A stretch of DNA of 62,968 nt, the filler included, from Octopus bimaculoides (taxonomy: Eukaryota), in the NCBI RefSeq assembly GCF_001194135.2. It is 7 parts of 7 records of this genome, joined end to end, with 100 filler letters (N's around TTAATTAATTAA, not from the genome) between each part and the next. Parts side by side here need not be neighbours in the genome. Positions count along the whole stretch, not along the records: positions 57,778 to 62,968 come from NC_068996.1; 6 more parts are not named here. One strand, given 5' to 3'. The notes under the pieces were generated by a model. It saw only the letters and a list, made by a program, of their open reading frames with translations, did no database searches and was not told the DNA's origin. The position numbers were made by a program, and so were the translations under genes. Positions 62,908 through 62,968 of the stretch are shown here, in pieces. The first letter of the stretch is position 1. Each line of letters opens with the position of its first letter.

Positions 62908-62968
<61 letters not shown>

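Overview
AT-rich, microsatellite-saturated animal genomic DNA with many N gaps. The SINE families, Dong/R4, RTE and Penelope remnants, and TTAATTAATTAA gap linkers look like a draft octopus (cephalopod) assembly; this is inferred from recalled repeat families, not a database hit. Supportable host coding sequence is small. (1) Two in-phase spliced exons (6056-6141, 9894-10095, +) encode the C-terminal part of a calmodulin-like EF-hand protein. (2) A diverged duplicate of the first of these exons lies at 26008-26091 (+) with no visible partner exons. (3) An uninterrupted Tctex-1-domain dynein light chain coding segment lies at 55015-55353 (-), with its N-terminus in a gap. The rest is mostly transposon-derived: a decayed Gypsy gag-pro-RT-RNaseH element, five Dong/R4 3' fragments in (TAA)n-type repeats, a doubly deleted RTE LINE, an RTE-type RT fragment, Penelope GIY-YIG remnants and hammerhead-ribozyme-like motifs, two Tc1/mariner remnants, several MITE/foldback elements, a Helitron-like element and dozens of tRNA-derived SINEs. 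The most notable observations are: the EF-hand exon duplication (tandem paralog or alternative 3' module); an intronic TIR element with an 8-bp TSD carrying a TTAGGG-like array; a SINE with a 59-bp flanking duplication that shares a 3' hairpin with the RTE LINE; repeated SINE insertion into identical target sites; and a 1.4-kb CpG-dense satellite with an internal inversion. Most six-frame ORFs are microsatellite or gap artefacts. I found no evidence for a wholly new multi-gene system.
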